NCBI RefSeq assembly: GCF_018350175.1
Contig: NC_058375.1
Coordinates: forward strand, 194,742,001-194,806,000
Source of the DNA: Felis catus
Taxonomy: Eukaryota
DNA: 64,000 bases
Reading direction: 5' to 3'
A program made the position numbers and the translations under genes. The notes under the pieces are model-generated. The model had not been told where the DNA came from. It did no database searches and was given only the letters and a program-made list of their open reading frames with translations. Of the stretch, positions 51,245-63,915 are shown piece after piece; the first letter of the stretch is position 1; the number at the start of each line of letters is the position of its first letter.

Positions 51245-52224
51245 GTAAGTCAAGCATGTGTGTTAATAATCAGGTTACTTGGAGAGGCCAGACATGTGGC
51301 TAGGTTTTGAGTAACCACAATTTCCTCAAATGCTCAATGGCCAAATGTATCATATAACTTAAAAATTCAACCAAGGGATTTTCATATATAAAAAGAAAAA
51401 AATCTTTTTTTCTATTACAAAAAATAAGGGTAATAACTCTGAAATTGACCTTGAAATCACTGAAGGTAACACCACTGGGTCCAACATTGTACTGATCGCT
51501 GTCAGTTATGCTGGGAATGTCTAATACAACAAGAGGCTATAAAGCAACAAAAGCATTCCTTTGAGGTCTTAGAGACTGCATCTGGAAGACACAGGGTCTA
51601 CGGAAATGGAATGTGTGCTCCAAACTGGAATCGTGAGTGGGCTTATAAAGGCAAAAGCCACAAGATTACAAAACTTGTTTTAAAAGACGTAATGATTGGT
51701 GCTGGCTGAGTTGAAGCTATCTACTGCAGGATTGGCTATTTAGCTAACAGGTGTTACATTATCTCTATTTTAATCCAAAGGAGAAGGGTGTGTACCAGGA
51801 GGTGGTGGAGTTGCAGTTGACAAATGGCAATTGACAAAAGTAAAAACTTCATGGTGTTGTGGAGACTAAAACAGAACACATACACAGGCCTTACTTCCTC
51901 AATATCCTGTCCTCTATTTTGAGTGACTGTCTTAGCAATGCTGACTTCATTTTGAATCTTCTTTCACAAGCCTTTAAGTTCCTTTACTCTGCAAACTATG
52001 AGGAGTTTTATGACCAGCATTCTCCAGAAATCACTGGCAGAATCTTTCTGTCATAAAAATCTAACTGCTCATAAATCCTTGTAGAAATGTGCTTCCAATG
52101 AGTTTTCTCATTTAAGTTATGGGGAAAAAAATTTATTTAAGTATTTAGCACGTAGACATCTCTAAACATACACTTTTATTACTACAGTACTTCTTATGGA
52201 TCTGGATGGGCAGAAGAAGACTGT

Positions 52225-52284
52225 ACACACACACACACACACACACATGCACGTGTGCACACGCATACCCACATGCACACACAT
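52225..52284. repeat. (CA)n microsatellite, interrupted
   Basis: Read directly from the sequence. Confidence 0.85.
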
Positions 52285-53884
52285 CATACTCCTGTACCGC
52301 TGGGGCCTGATTTGTTTAGCAGAGTATACCAACACTCTGCAAGGACCAGGAGTCTTCACAGAGTATGTGAGATGGGCACACGTCAGAGCCGATTTTCCTT
52401 GGCTCTTAATCCTCTAATAGGCACCAAGTTTCCAGTGGTTCTTTTATTACAGGCACCGCCCAGCCAGAGCTGAGAAACCAGACAAATTCTCTTATTTATT
52501 TATTTTTTTTACACAAGACTTAGACTACTCTACCAGAAAAATTGTTACACGATCCATGTGCTTCTACATTAGCCAATTTTACACTCCACCAGCAGTCCTG
52601 CTTTTTTGACCAGACTCGGCATGAACAAGGCCATACCCCAATCCCTGGGAGAAAACAAAAGAATCCATGCTATTATCCCTGAGCACTGCCTCTACCTCTG
52701 GTTCTCCAATGTCTGGAAGACCTGTTTCCTCACACTCGGAAACATAAAATGGATATTTTTACATTGGAAACATTTATGGGTAAAAGGTATGTTTTCAACA
52801 GAAACATACCAGCATTGGACTGCAAAACTACATTATCTGAATGTCAGAAAGGGACGTTTACTGCCCTGATTTCATTTCCTATTAACCTGGGCCTTTAATT
52901 TTCTGAATGTCACCTCGACTATTATATTGAGACTACTCTATAAAATCAAATCAAGGCCAGCACATGTGCTTGAAGCCAAGTGGGATGAAATATGTGATCT
53001 GTAAGGCCTCTACTGGTGTTATTTTTTCAACATTTTAATTATACTGAAGCCTTCATAAAAGCATGGTGGTACATCTACTTTTCATTTTTCAAATTTTTTT
53101 TGGTCCCCATTTAGATCCATTGTGATTTTTGAAAATAAGAATCTTAAAGTCTTACTCAGTTATTTTTGTTCTCCCTTTCAACTCCACAAAGCTATAGTTT
53201 AGTGTCCCTTGTCATTATAACAAGTTTCATTTTTAAAAAGTCAACCAGATCTGTTAAAAATTACTGTATAACCAACTGGCAGACTAGTAGAAAATGGCAA
53301 GAAATTAAGCTAAATGATCCTTTGGTCATTCAGTCAATGAGAGGAAGGTTTTCACTGCTATATCGCCCTGAACAAGGTCTCAGGGATCTTTTATTCAATA
53401 TACTAGGACTTTCATTGTCAAAGGTAGATTTATGCATTATGTTGAGATGTGACCTTTATAAAATAAATGGGAAGAAGATTTTTCTCCTCTTTAATCTAAC
53501 AACAGTTGATGGTAAACAAAAAGAAAAAAACACCCTTTAAGTTACCTTCCAACCTACTATAAGAAATCAGTATGATAAAACTGTTTTACCAAAACAGAAG
53601 CTGTTAAAAATTAAATTATTAATTAAAATTAAATTATTAAATAAAATTAAAATATTATTTTAGCAAAATGCCTCTGGCAAGAGTATTTATGGATCTTCAG
53701 ATTTTTTTTTAATTCAGTAACATTTTTAATAATAGTAAAAAAAACAACCACCCTAATATATGAAATAATAAAAGTATAAGGTAGTAAAATAATCACATGA
53801 GATGCTATGGATATTCTAGAATCTGAGGCTTGAGAATGGAAGAAAATCGGGACATAAACTTTCTATCAAGAAAAAAAGTTTTTT

Positions 53885-54540
53885 CTGGGAACGCAAGCTG
53901 GTGCAGCCACTCTGGAAAACAGTATGGAGGTTCCTCAAAAAACTAAAAATAGAACTACCCTACAACCCAGCAATTGCACTACTAGGCATTTATCCATGGG
54001 ATACAGGTGTGTTGTTTCAAAGGGACACATGCACCCCCATGTTTATAGCAGCACTAGCAACAATAGCCANNNNNNNNNNNNNNNNNNNNNNNNNNNNNNN
54101 NNNNNNNNNNNNNNNNNNNNNNNNNNNNNNNNNNNNNNNNNNNNNNNNNNNNNNNNNNNNNNNNNNNNNNNNNNNNNNNNNNNNNNNNNNNNNNNNNNNA
54201 CTGAAGGGTATTATGCTAAGTGAAATTAGTCAGTCAGAGAAAGACAAAAATCATATGACTTCACTCATATGAAAACTTTAAGAGACAAAACAGATGAACA
54301 TAAGGGAGGGGAAACAAAAATAATATAAAAACAGATAGGGGGACGAAACAGAGGAGACTCATAAATATGGAGAACAAACTGAGGAGTTGTGGGAGGGGGG
54401 ATGGGCTAAATGGGTAAGGGACACTAAGGAATCTACTCCTGAAATCATTGTTGCATTATCTGCTAACTAATTTGGATGTAAAATTTAAAAAAAAATTAAA
54501 AATAAAGCAAAAGAAAAAAAAGAAAAAGAAATAAAGAAAA
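53885..54540 (+). mobile_element. 5'-truncated carnivore/felid L1 (ORF2 C-terminus + 3' UTR + A-rich tail)
   Basis: Translation [31 protein letters not shown]...SEISQSEKDKNHMTSLI*. TSD-like aagaaaaaaagtYtttt at 53868-53884 and 54541-54557. Confidence 0.95.
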
Positions 54541-54585
54541 AAGAAAAAAAGTCTTTTTGTCAGAAATTGCCATAAGACCCTTTCT

Positions 54586-54810
54586 TTATTTTTTTAATTT
54601 TTTTTAAACGTTTATTTATTTTTGAGACAGAGAGAGACAGAGCATGAACGGGGGAGGGTCAGAGAGAGAGAGGGAGACACAGAATCAGAAACAGGCTCCA
54701 GGCTCTGAGCTGTCGGCACAGAGCCCCACGCGGGGCTTGAACTCATGAACCACGAGATCATGACCTGAGCCGAAGTCGGACGCTTAACAGACTGAGCCAC
54801 CCAGGCGCCC
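54586..54810 (-). mobile_element. SINEC_Fc-type SINE with 16-bp TSD
   Basis: TSD ccataagaccctttct at 54570-54585 and 54810-54825. Confidence 0.95.
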
Positions 54811-56809
54811 CATAAGACCCTTTCTAAGATGGTTGGGATTTTCGTGCAAAATATCTGTTTGAAGAAGTCCTAGTTATACCCAAATTGTTGGGAGAGTAAT
54901 CAAAAGAATCTGAAGTACAAATAATTAAAATAAAAGTTAATTAGTTCATCCACAGTTGTTTCTTGGAGAGGGTCAGGAAATCCCAGGAGACCACTCACTG
55001 GATTGGTGGGGGCATAGAGGTGAAAGAAAAGGCAAAATGACATCAAAAGCTTTTAAAAATTATTAAAGTACGTTTTTACCAACTTAATTTTTTCTCAGAT
55101 CCCTAGATACAACTTAAATAATGGTTTTTTTTTGTTTTTTTTAAGAGCTTCTGGTAGCATTTTTATTCATTGTTTCATAAGCCATACTAACAAATAATGT
55201 TTTTAAAAAAAGAAAAAGAAAAAATAGCTTTGTTACAAGATTTATAATCAAAATAGCATAATAATCAAATTTTTTCTGAATGTTAATTTTCAAACAATAT
55301 TGAGAACAATAAAGAAATCATTTTTGAATAGAGAATTTTGTTTATAAAACTGCTGGTCTATTCAAATGTTTACCAACTGAATTAGTGAAACCAATAACCA
55401 CTGGCCAAGCAACATGAATTAAAACAAGTAATTCTCCTCCAACGGATAGATGAGTCCACCATAATAAAGTAAAAAGCAGTAAGGAAGTCTCTTGTCTACA
55501 CTCATTCATTAGAGAAAGCAACATATTGGATGCTTTTATGCAAGATTTTGCTAGAGGCTATGCCAAATGTGCTGATGGAATTTAACAAATTGGCTTATGA
55601 AAAATATATTGCTGGATTCCAAATGTTCCTAAAGTTAAAAAATCAGAAGCAAAACACAATTCACATATACCAAGGCTAACTGATGGATGTTTATTGAGAA
55701 TAAGACTATGAACAAGGTGGTGTGATAGTTACAGGAAAGGGAATAGGGAGGTTACAGAGGTAATTATATTGAAACAGGAGAACCAACACATAAAAAATTA
55801 TTTCCCGGCTACAAAGAGTGGCCATGAAAAGGGGGCAGAAGGGCCATGGTTGGCCATAGAAGGGGCTGGAAAGACCTGAAGAACATCTCTATAAGAGGTC
55901 ACATTTGAATGTAGCTTTGAAAGATAGATGGGATTTTGACAAATGGATAAAAGAAGAAATTGGAACTGCTTTTGAGAATCAGAGTTTTTACATTACTTTT
56001 TGTCCCAAGTAAGAAATGTATCTAATTAAGTTTGGCTAACAAAATTGAAAATATATTAGGTTTTCTACTTGTTTTCTAAAAGGGATTAATTTCAGAGAAG
56101 CAATTGTATTCCTAGAATATTTTTTGACAATGCCAAATAGATTCTATGTAGTTCCTTTATTTTTCTAGATGTGATGTAATTTTCTAGGTACTGAAATGTA
56201 ACTTCTGTTCTTAATCAAAAGGAAAAGAAGAAACAACATGTAGAGTCTAAAGTTTCATTTATTAATAACAATTAAAATCATTAGATTTTAATTTTGGTGC
56301 AAACTAGTTTTTTTTTTAAATTTTTTTGTTTTCCATATCTAGTTGAATCTGAGAATTTACATCATATTTGGGAGGAAAATGCTCTATAGAAATAAAATTA
56401 GCATTTTATATAGTTTTCCTTTATTACCTCCTCCGAGAGTGTTTTACAGCTAACAATTAAATATGATCTTCTGGTTGAATAAGCCTCCATTCACAGAACA
56501 GGTCAAATTTTCAATTGGGGGCCTCATTGACCAAGCTCCTACAAAATATTTTCCCTCCCCAAGGCTTACTTTAGGATACCGGCTCACTCTGTTCACAAGC
56601 AGATAGTCATGGAACCCCTCTAATCCTGAGGTCCTTCTAGAAGAGAGTGAGAAATATCTCTAATGCCTGATAGTATTTTGAGACTCTGGCCCTCACATAT
56701 GAGATTTCTTAAGCCTGAAATGCCTTTTTCCATTTGTTTGCTGAGCCAACTTTAAGTCCTCAGGACAAAACTCCAACATCACCTCTTTATTCATTTTCTA
56801 TTTCTGTAG

Positions 56810-57268
56810 AAATTTAGCTACTTAAAAAAGTGTAAACATTGTATCTTACATTTCTAGAAATCAGAAGACTCACACAGGTCTTACTGGGCTAGAGTCAAGG
56901 TGTTAAAAAAGGTGCACTCTTTTCTGGGACTCTAGAGAAGACTCTTTCCTTGCCTTTTTTCCATCTTCTTGGGCAACTCACATTGCTTGGCTCATGGTCC
57001 TTTTTTCCATCTTCAAAGCCAGTAATTTGGCATCTCTCTCACTCTTCTTCCGTAGTTATATTCTCCTTTGACCACAGTCTGGAAAAGCTTTCTGCTTTTA
57101 AGGATTTGTGTGATTAGGCCAAGCCCGCTTAACTAATTCAGGATAATTTCCCATCTCAAGATCTCTAACCTAAATCAGCATGCACAAAGTTCCTATTGCA
57201 ATGTAAGGTAACATATTTACCTCTTCCAAGGATTAAGGCATAGACATATGTGGGGGTCCATTATTCTC
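56810..57268 (-). mobile_element. MaLR LTR (MLT1C/D-like)
   Basis: ttggctcatggtcc...ccatcttcaaagccag...caggataatttcccatctcaagatc...tgtaaggtaacatatt...ggggtccattattct. Confidence 0.8.
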
Positions 57269-57769
57269 CTCCAAATCTGATTTCTAAGTTCCTACTCACT
57301 CTCTCAGTCTAGGAATTTATCTTTTGTTTCCCTTCTGAGTCTCTGTCTCAGGATTTTGAGTTCGTTTAGGGCAAGAACCATTTCTTATTTATCCCCCAGT
57401 ACATAATACGTTCATATTCAGTACACTCAGTGTATAATCATTTAATAAACACATGAATGCCAAAGATGTAGGCTAAACTGTGGACAAAGTGTTAGAAGGG
57501 GAGCAAGCTAATTCTAGATTTGGAACAAGGTCTGTGCTTTTTGAAGCTAAAGTATGAAGAAAAGGGAAAAACTATGAGTTAGAGAAGTTTTTTGTTTAAT
57601 TCAAGAAATATGTTTATTGGCCACAACCTGAAATTGGCATTAGATAAAGAAGAATTTGGCTCTGTGCAAATTCAGCTGTGTGCAACTCAAAATGGAGGGA
57701 GGTTTACCACAAGACCAACGCAGCGCTGAGGAGATGCCAGCATTCATGTACTCCTCACTAACATTGCAG

Positions 57770-57935
57770 GACTTAGAGAGCTGCAGACTTCGTTTGGATC
57801 CTGAGTTGGACCGGCACAGATATGAGAGGAAGATCAGCTTTGCTGGGGTCCTGGATGAAAATGAAGACTCAAAAGATTCCCTCCACAGTAGTAGCCACAC
57901 CCTCAAATCAGATGCAGGTGCCGAGGAGAAGAAAG
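57770..57935 (+). CDS. UNC80: UNC80 internal exon: DLESCRLRLDPELDRHRYERKISFAGVLDENEDSKDSLHSSSHTLKSDAGAEEKK
   Basis: Acceptor ctaacattgcag| and donor G|gtatgg; 166 nt, phase 0 to 1. Confidence 0.96.
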
Positions 57936-58879
57936 GTATGGAAAGCAAGAATTTTTTTCCTGTTTCAGTGTTTCTCATAGGATATTTGACCTGGGGTCTA
58001 AACCACAGAATTGTGCACCCAAAGTCCAAAACTGTTGGCTTCATACAGTACTGTGTCCACTTAATGAGGTAGGAAACCACGCTAGTTAGCAGCTGGACTC
58101 GACAGTCGGAGAAGTTCAGATTGTAATTCCAGCTCAGCAACTCTCCATATCCCTACCGATGCCACCAGGTAGTCATCAGATGAACCGTTATTTCATGTAC
58201 CAATAAGGAAGAAACAATACTTCCAATTCAGCCCTTATGCAATACTTTCTTACCATTTAACTCTTAAAGAAAGAGGACTTTCAGACTTAATTAGATGTCA
58301 AATTTTATTATTAATATATATCATTCTTGTGCAGCCAAAGAAAACGGAAAGTATAAATAGAATAAATGGTTTAAAGTCTTTCTAAACTATCTTCAATTCC
58401 AGGTTCCAATTTCTTAATCACTTTGCAACTCAGAATTGTCAGTGTCCATGTTTTCTCTATATGATAATGTCCTCTGTGTCATTAGAATATTAATAATACA
58501 CCATTAAATGGATCTGTAAAGGAAGTAAAGCTGTTGGTGCTAGGTACTTGAGCCAAGATGCGTTTGTACGAAACTAGCCTACCCTCATACTCAATACCTC
58601 CTTCAAGAATGTTGCCAAGCACATCTGACTTACCACCACATGCACTCCATCACCCAACTACCATTTGACTCCCTGGTGTTAAAAGACACTCTGGCACCCA
58701 TTCTGTACATCTTGTTGCTGGTGCTTTAGATGCTCACATGGACATAAGCAATAGCAAACGTGTCATGACAGCTACCTGGCACTAGTGATCTTAAGATGGC
58801 CTCAACTGTAACACAAATATCAATTTCAGATATATGAAAATGTGAAAATATGCACTTCAAATGGTAAAATATAACAACC

Positions 58880-59050
58880 AGCTGTATGACGTTGTCCAAG
58901 TTACTGACCCTCTAAGCCAGTTTTCTGCTCTGTAAAATTAGGTTATTAACACCTACCACATTGTGATATTGAAAGCTTTAAATGAGACAATACGAGCAAA
59001 GCATAAACGTAGTACCTGGTACCTAGATTTGGTATAGGATAAATAATTGT
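58880..59050 (+). mobile_element. MIR fragment
   Basis: tgtatgacgttgtccaagttactgaccctctaagccagttttctgctctgtaaaatt. Confidence 0.7.
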
Positions 59051-60329
59051 TGTCACTGTGGTAGGTTTTATTAATATAATGAGTGTACAGACTAGAACCG
59101 CAGAAAATTCTAAATATAAGCTAAAGATTACCAAGTTTTAAGTTGCTTTCAAGGGATCCTTAAACTGTTAACTTCTCTGATTTTGCTACTTTTTTTTTTG
59201 GCTATTTCTTAAACTCTACCACCCTTCGTTGTGTTTTTCTAATGAATTTCAATTAAAAGAATATCAGTACATTTGTTAAGAGTCAAACACGATTTTATGC
59301 ATTTATGTATTTTCTGGTATCCTAAAGACAATGACTCAATAAATGTTGGATAACTGAAGGAATGAAGGAATCTAGGAAGGAATAGCCCTGGATAGAGAAA
59401 ACAGAAAATCTTTAAAATTTTCTAAGAAATGGCTATACACTGGAAAAAAATTTAATATTTTAAGATCAGATTGTTGTCATGACACTTTTCAAATGCAAAT
59501 AATAACTATATTGTATTGAATTTATGGTCAACCAAGAATTTACTAGCCAAGTCTTAGCAATTTTTGAGCATGAAGGAGTATCAACTCAATATATTTTTCT
59601 ACTATTACTTTTTCAGATAATGTTAACTGCATATGATGAAAAACTTACATTTTTAAAGATATCCCAAGGGGATTTTATTTTGCCTATTCAAAGTTATTAT
59701 GCTAATTATTACTTAAAGTAGCTGAAATAAATATTCCTAATATGGACATGGTTAAACTTGAACAGAGTAAATTCTACGCCATTTTAAAAAATAAAATATC
59801 AGATTAATTTTTAAGAACACTTTAATTTCACGTTTATCATTTATGTAAATTTCCTTTGATGTTCAAAACCGCAAATGCTTCGTGTTTTTTCTCCTCATGG
59901 AATGACTACGTTAATATATGAATGTTGTTTAAGAAGTGAGCAGAAAACTGAAACTATAAATAAAATGAGAACATATTCATAAAACGTCCTTTACTGGTTG
60001 GCAAAATCTTGAAGATTCCTAAGTATTCCTTAATCCTTTGACAAGTTGATAGCAGATGCTAAAGTCATAAGTACTCTGCTAAATGATATTATTAAAAGTT
60101 TATTTAAAATTTTATGCCATCTGTTTTTATAAAAGCTAAAAATGTTGTTCTTGAAGTAAACAACTTGAGGACAATTCAGATTCTACCAGGGAAAACAAAT
60201 GTGAAACAATCCTCAAACTAAAATGTCTGCCTAAAATCCCCAAGCAAGGTCTGTCCCATCGTTTTACCCACATTCCAAATACAAACGAAGACTGGTATTC
60301 CAAAATACAGACACCACGATGTGTCTAAT

Positions 60330-61090
60330 TACTCAACAATCATCTACTGAACACCTGGTATATGCCAGGCACTATTCCAGGGTCCCAGAATATGGCATCC
60401 AACAGGAAAAATGTCCCACATGTATTTCAGTTTATATTAGCAAACAGCTAAATAACAGGGAATAACATAAGATACTAGACTTTCAAGTAATGATAAATGG
60501 TATCAAGGAAAACAAATGAAGGTCAGAGAATTGGTAGTGACCTGGAGTGGGAAGGAGTGTAGTCAGAGAAGGACCCCGAAAGTGGCATTGAGCAGAGACC
60601 TGTATGATGTGAAGGAGCCAGTCATGCAAAGCGCTGAGGCAGGAGTCTTCTGAGCAGACAAAACAGTGAGAGCCAGGCTCTGATGCAGGAATGAACGTGG
60701 AACATTTGAAGAAGGACAAAAAGACCAACATGGTTGCAACAGAAAGAGTTGAAGTAGAAGACTATAGAAAGAGTAGAAGAGTGGCAGGAAATGGGGTTAG
60801 GCAAAGGGCATAAAATTGGATATGTAGATATGGTTAGAAATTTAATTTTGTATGAGTGTGTCTGAGTGTTGTCGGCAGGTTTTGACTAGGAAAGTGATAT
60901 AATATGTGTATTTACGATTTATGAATTTAAAAGATGAGTCAAGCTGTGGGAGGGGATGTAAGCCGGAACAGTGAGGCAGTTACAATAGTCCAGGGAATAG
61001 GTAATGGGGCTTTCAAAATCCTAGGAAATTTTAAGTGTGAAGCTAGCAGGACTTGCTCGTGGATTTAATGTGAGATGAGAGAAAAGGGAA
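60330..61090 (-). mobile_element. L2 3' region
   Basis: actcaacaatcatctactgaacacc...tatgccaggcact...agtcagagaaggacccc...gcattgagcagagacctg. Confidence 0.75.
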
Positions 61091-62961
61091 AAGATGTTTT
61101 ATCCAATTTAGATGTATTTGTTTCACTTTCCCACTAGTTCATGTTCTCATGGAAGTAAAGGCTAAGACTCAATGCTGTACAAGCTCTACTAAAGGTTTTC
61201 AGGTACCAAAATCAAATCTGAATTCTAACTACTGTGTCCTTTGTAAATAATCCATGCCATAATTCTGAGTGCTAATTTTTTTCTGCTACAGGATATATCC
61301 AATTATCTTTGGTAGTATAGAATAGGTTCTCAAAATTGAATTTCGTTCAGGTCACATTAATTTGGGGTTACTTTCCCAAATTTGTACAGTTAAAGTTATC
61401 ATGAAATCATAGAACGCAAGACAGTGTCTCTATAAAAAAAAAAAAAAAGAAGAAGAAAGAAAAATCTCTCTAAGTCTGTTTTCTCCTTCCTAATCTACCT
61501 TGGTATGAAATTGTATTAGTAGTCATTAAAAGTGATAATAATATTCTATTTCAGATGTATTTCAGGTAGGTCATTAAAGCCTCAATTAAGCCTAAAAATA
61601 ATATTTAAAAATGCAGTGGATGAATTCTGTGCTACAATTAAAAAGGAGCCTTATAGTCCATAGTCTTTGTGGAATTTAATCAACTGCACAGCAAGAGTTT
61701 CTATCCAGATGTAAGATTCTATCCAGATGTGTTCAGGGCACTCCACGAGGCCTTTGCCAGCTCAGTGGTGATGGTTTTAGTCTTTCTCAATCGCAAGATT
61801 AAGTCAGAGATTAAACACTGCACATTATTCAACAGAAATTCTTATAGGCTCCTTTTTTGGCATTGAAAGTATACATTTAATTACCATTTTGTAGAGCTGT
61901 ACAAGCTCGATCATGGTCACATACTCTCCTGCGAGTTAGAACCCAAGACTAAAATGCAACCTTCCTGATTGGAACTTTTAAGAAATAATACCTATGCCTT
62001 AAATAATTCATAGGAAATCTTCTTACAAAAATAATGGCCCCTTCCTGATAATGACTAAGCTTTGAAAACTTTTTTTATCCTGCCCTTTTAAAATCAATGT
62101 GTGACAACACCAGAACTCCAAAAGGAAAGGAAGTAGACTGTATATGAGTATGGGAAATAAGGATGGTTTTGTTAAAAAAAAAAAAAGAAAAAATAAGTAG
62201 GTTTCAAGTTTAAACGTGTTTCTTTTACCCTTCTATTTTCCTCACCGATGACTGTTTTTTCCAGAACACTAAAGATGAATAATGCATGTTCTTCTTGGTA
62301 CATATAGACTGTAAGGTTGGCTCAGGGTGTTGCATCATTTGGACTCACATCCCACCCAGCCTTTTGACTGAAGGAAGGATGCTATGACATCACTAGGTGC
62401 ATTGAAAATGGAACTATTTCACACTCATGTTCACCCAAAGCACACCAGTGAAAACAGATCCTTTAGTGCCTTTGCTGAGGAGCTGAGCGGAACCCGCTGC
62501 TGACTGTTGGAGAGAGAAGCGCCTCTTATTTTTATTTCTTAATGAGGTATTCCAAAATGAAGGGGTTTACATGAAGGGGTTTGCATAACTCACATAACTC
62601 TGCAGGTCCCATTTCAAAAGAAAAACAAAAACCAATGGTTTGTGGTTCTATCGAATCAAGGAATGATGTTCTGTAAATGTGCTAACAGTCCTAGATAATG
62701 CTGCTACAAGGGCACACTCATGCTTGTGAACCCTGGGCCAGAAAGACAGCAGGTTGTTCCCAGCACTGATGAGCTATGTGCCCAAGAAAGAAGCTGCACC
62801 AGCCCTTCCTGGTGGACCCAGCCTCCTGGCTGCCTAACAAAGCTGGCTGACCCGGCTGGGGCTTGGGAGGAGCTCCTGGTGCAGACATGCTGCTCATCCC
62901 GGCCGAAAGAGAGGACGCTGTTCAGGGACAAGTTGGGGAGAGCTTGGATCTAACACTGGCT

Positions 62962-63277
62962 NNNNNNNNNNNNNNNNNNNNNNNNNNNNNNNNNNNNNNN
63001 NNNNNNNNNNNNNNNNNNNNNNNNNNNNNNNNNNNNNNNNNNNNNNNNNNNNNNNNNNNNNNNNNNNNNNNNNNNNNNNNNNNNNNNNNNNNNNNNNNNN
63101 NNNNNNNNNNNNNNNNNNNNNNNNNNNNNNNNNNNNNNNNNNNNNNNNNNNNNNNNNNNNNNNNNNNNNNNNNNNNNNNNNNNNNNNNNNNNNNNNNNNN
63201 NNNNNNNNNNNNNNNNNNNNNNNNNNNNNNNNNNNNNNNNNNNNNNNNNNNNNNNNNNNNNNNNNNNNNNNNNNNNN
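62962..63277 (+). CDS. UNC80: Possible masked UNC80 exon (candidate: the alternative ~204-nt VPSRKIRIGG... cassette of long isoforms)
   Basis: A 316-nt N-run in non-repetitive context, preceded by a branch-point-like ctaac at ~62950. It lies after the ...EEKK exon. Identity rests on memory of UNC80 isoforms and is not visible. Confidence 0.4.
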
Positions 63278-63371
63278 TAGTTGAAACCCATTTTCTTACA
63301 CATCAGGAGCTGAAGAGCAGAGCCACAGGCTAGACCACTCATTCAGTCTGAAAACCATGCCACCCTTTAGA

Positions 63372-63522
63372 GCAGGGCTGCTCGAACCTTAACGTGCACA
63401 CGGGTCACCTGCAAGGCTTGTTAAAATGCAGATTCTAATTCAGCAGGTCTCGGGTAGGAACCGTTGACAAGTTTTCTGGTGAAGCTAATGCTGCTGGTTC
63501 AGGAACCACAGTTTGAGCAGTG
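63372..63522. mobile_element. MER5A-like relic
   Basis: tcacctgcaaggcttgttaaaatgcagattctaattcagcaggtct...tgctgctggttcaggaaccacagtttgag. Confidence 0.8.
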
Positions 63523-63697
63523 AGGATATACAGTATACGTTAGGGGAAGAAAACACTTTAATGGCAGGACAGATTTTTGAAATCCAGATGTTTGCACTTC
63601 CGTTCTGATCAGGACCTTGAAAGCAAAATGTAGAAAATCCTTTGGGGGCAGCTAGCTAAAGTTCTTCTGTATGTTAAAGCGTCTATTTCACAGAAAA

Positions 63698-63721
63698 ATA
63701 TATATATATATATATATATAT
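63698..63721. repeat. (AT)n microsatellite
   Basis: Read directly from the sequence. Confidence 0.9.
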
Positions 63722-63754
63722 CTCAGATTATATATCAGAGGGGAAAGACTGTCT

Positions 63755-63915
63755 AGACCTGACAGTGAGTGACCTTCAGCAAGTCAGTTAGCAACTCAGG
63801 GATTTGTTTTCTCCAACTGTGCAGTGGGAATAATTCTATGCCCCCCTCGCCTACTCTGAGGGGACATTTTAAAGATAAACTAAGGGATGATTGTAAAGTA
63901 TGAGCATGAGCTCTG
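63755..63915 (+). mobile_element. MIR fragment
   Basis: gagtgaccttcagcaagtcagttagcaactc...tttctccaactgtgcagtgggaataat. Confidence 0.7.

Noticed and set aside
51440-51860. Possible ERV LTR relic (a similar impression at ~9400-10000)
   Set aside because: The composition is suggestive, but I could not match a consensus or find TSDs with confidence.
57640-58140. 166-aa antisense ORF and 138-aa sense ORF spanning the DLESCRL exon
   Set aside because: These are a shadow and read-through of a real exon. The nearest upstream pyrimidine-preceded AGs (57675, 57740) are out of frame, and there is no promoter or homology evidence.
5006-62600. Short local duplications (accataagaaaat x2 ~5006; gtggcttaaaagata x2 ~29299; ttctatccagatgt x2 ~61698; atgaaggggttt x2 ~62557)
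   Set aside because: These are ordinary two-copy slippage duplications with no spacer-repeat periodicity, not CRISPR-like or otherwise an array.
62720-62953. 77-aa ORF containing VVPS after cagcag, as a possible next UNC80 exon
   Set aside because: The preceding exon ends in phase 1, so splicing at cag|GTTGTTCCCAGCACTGA hits a stop within five codons.
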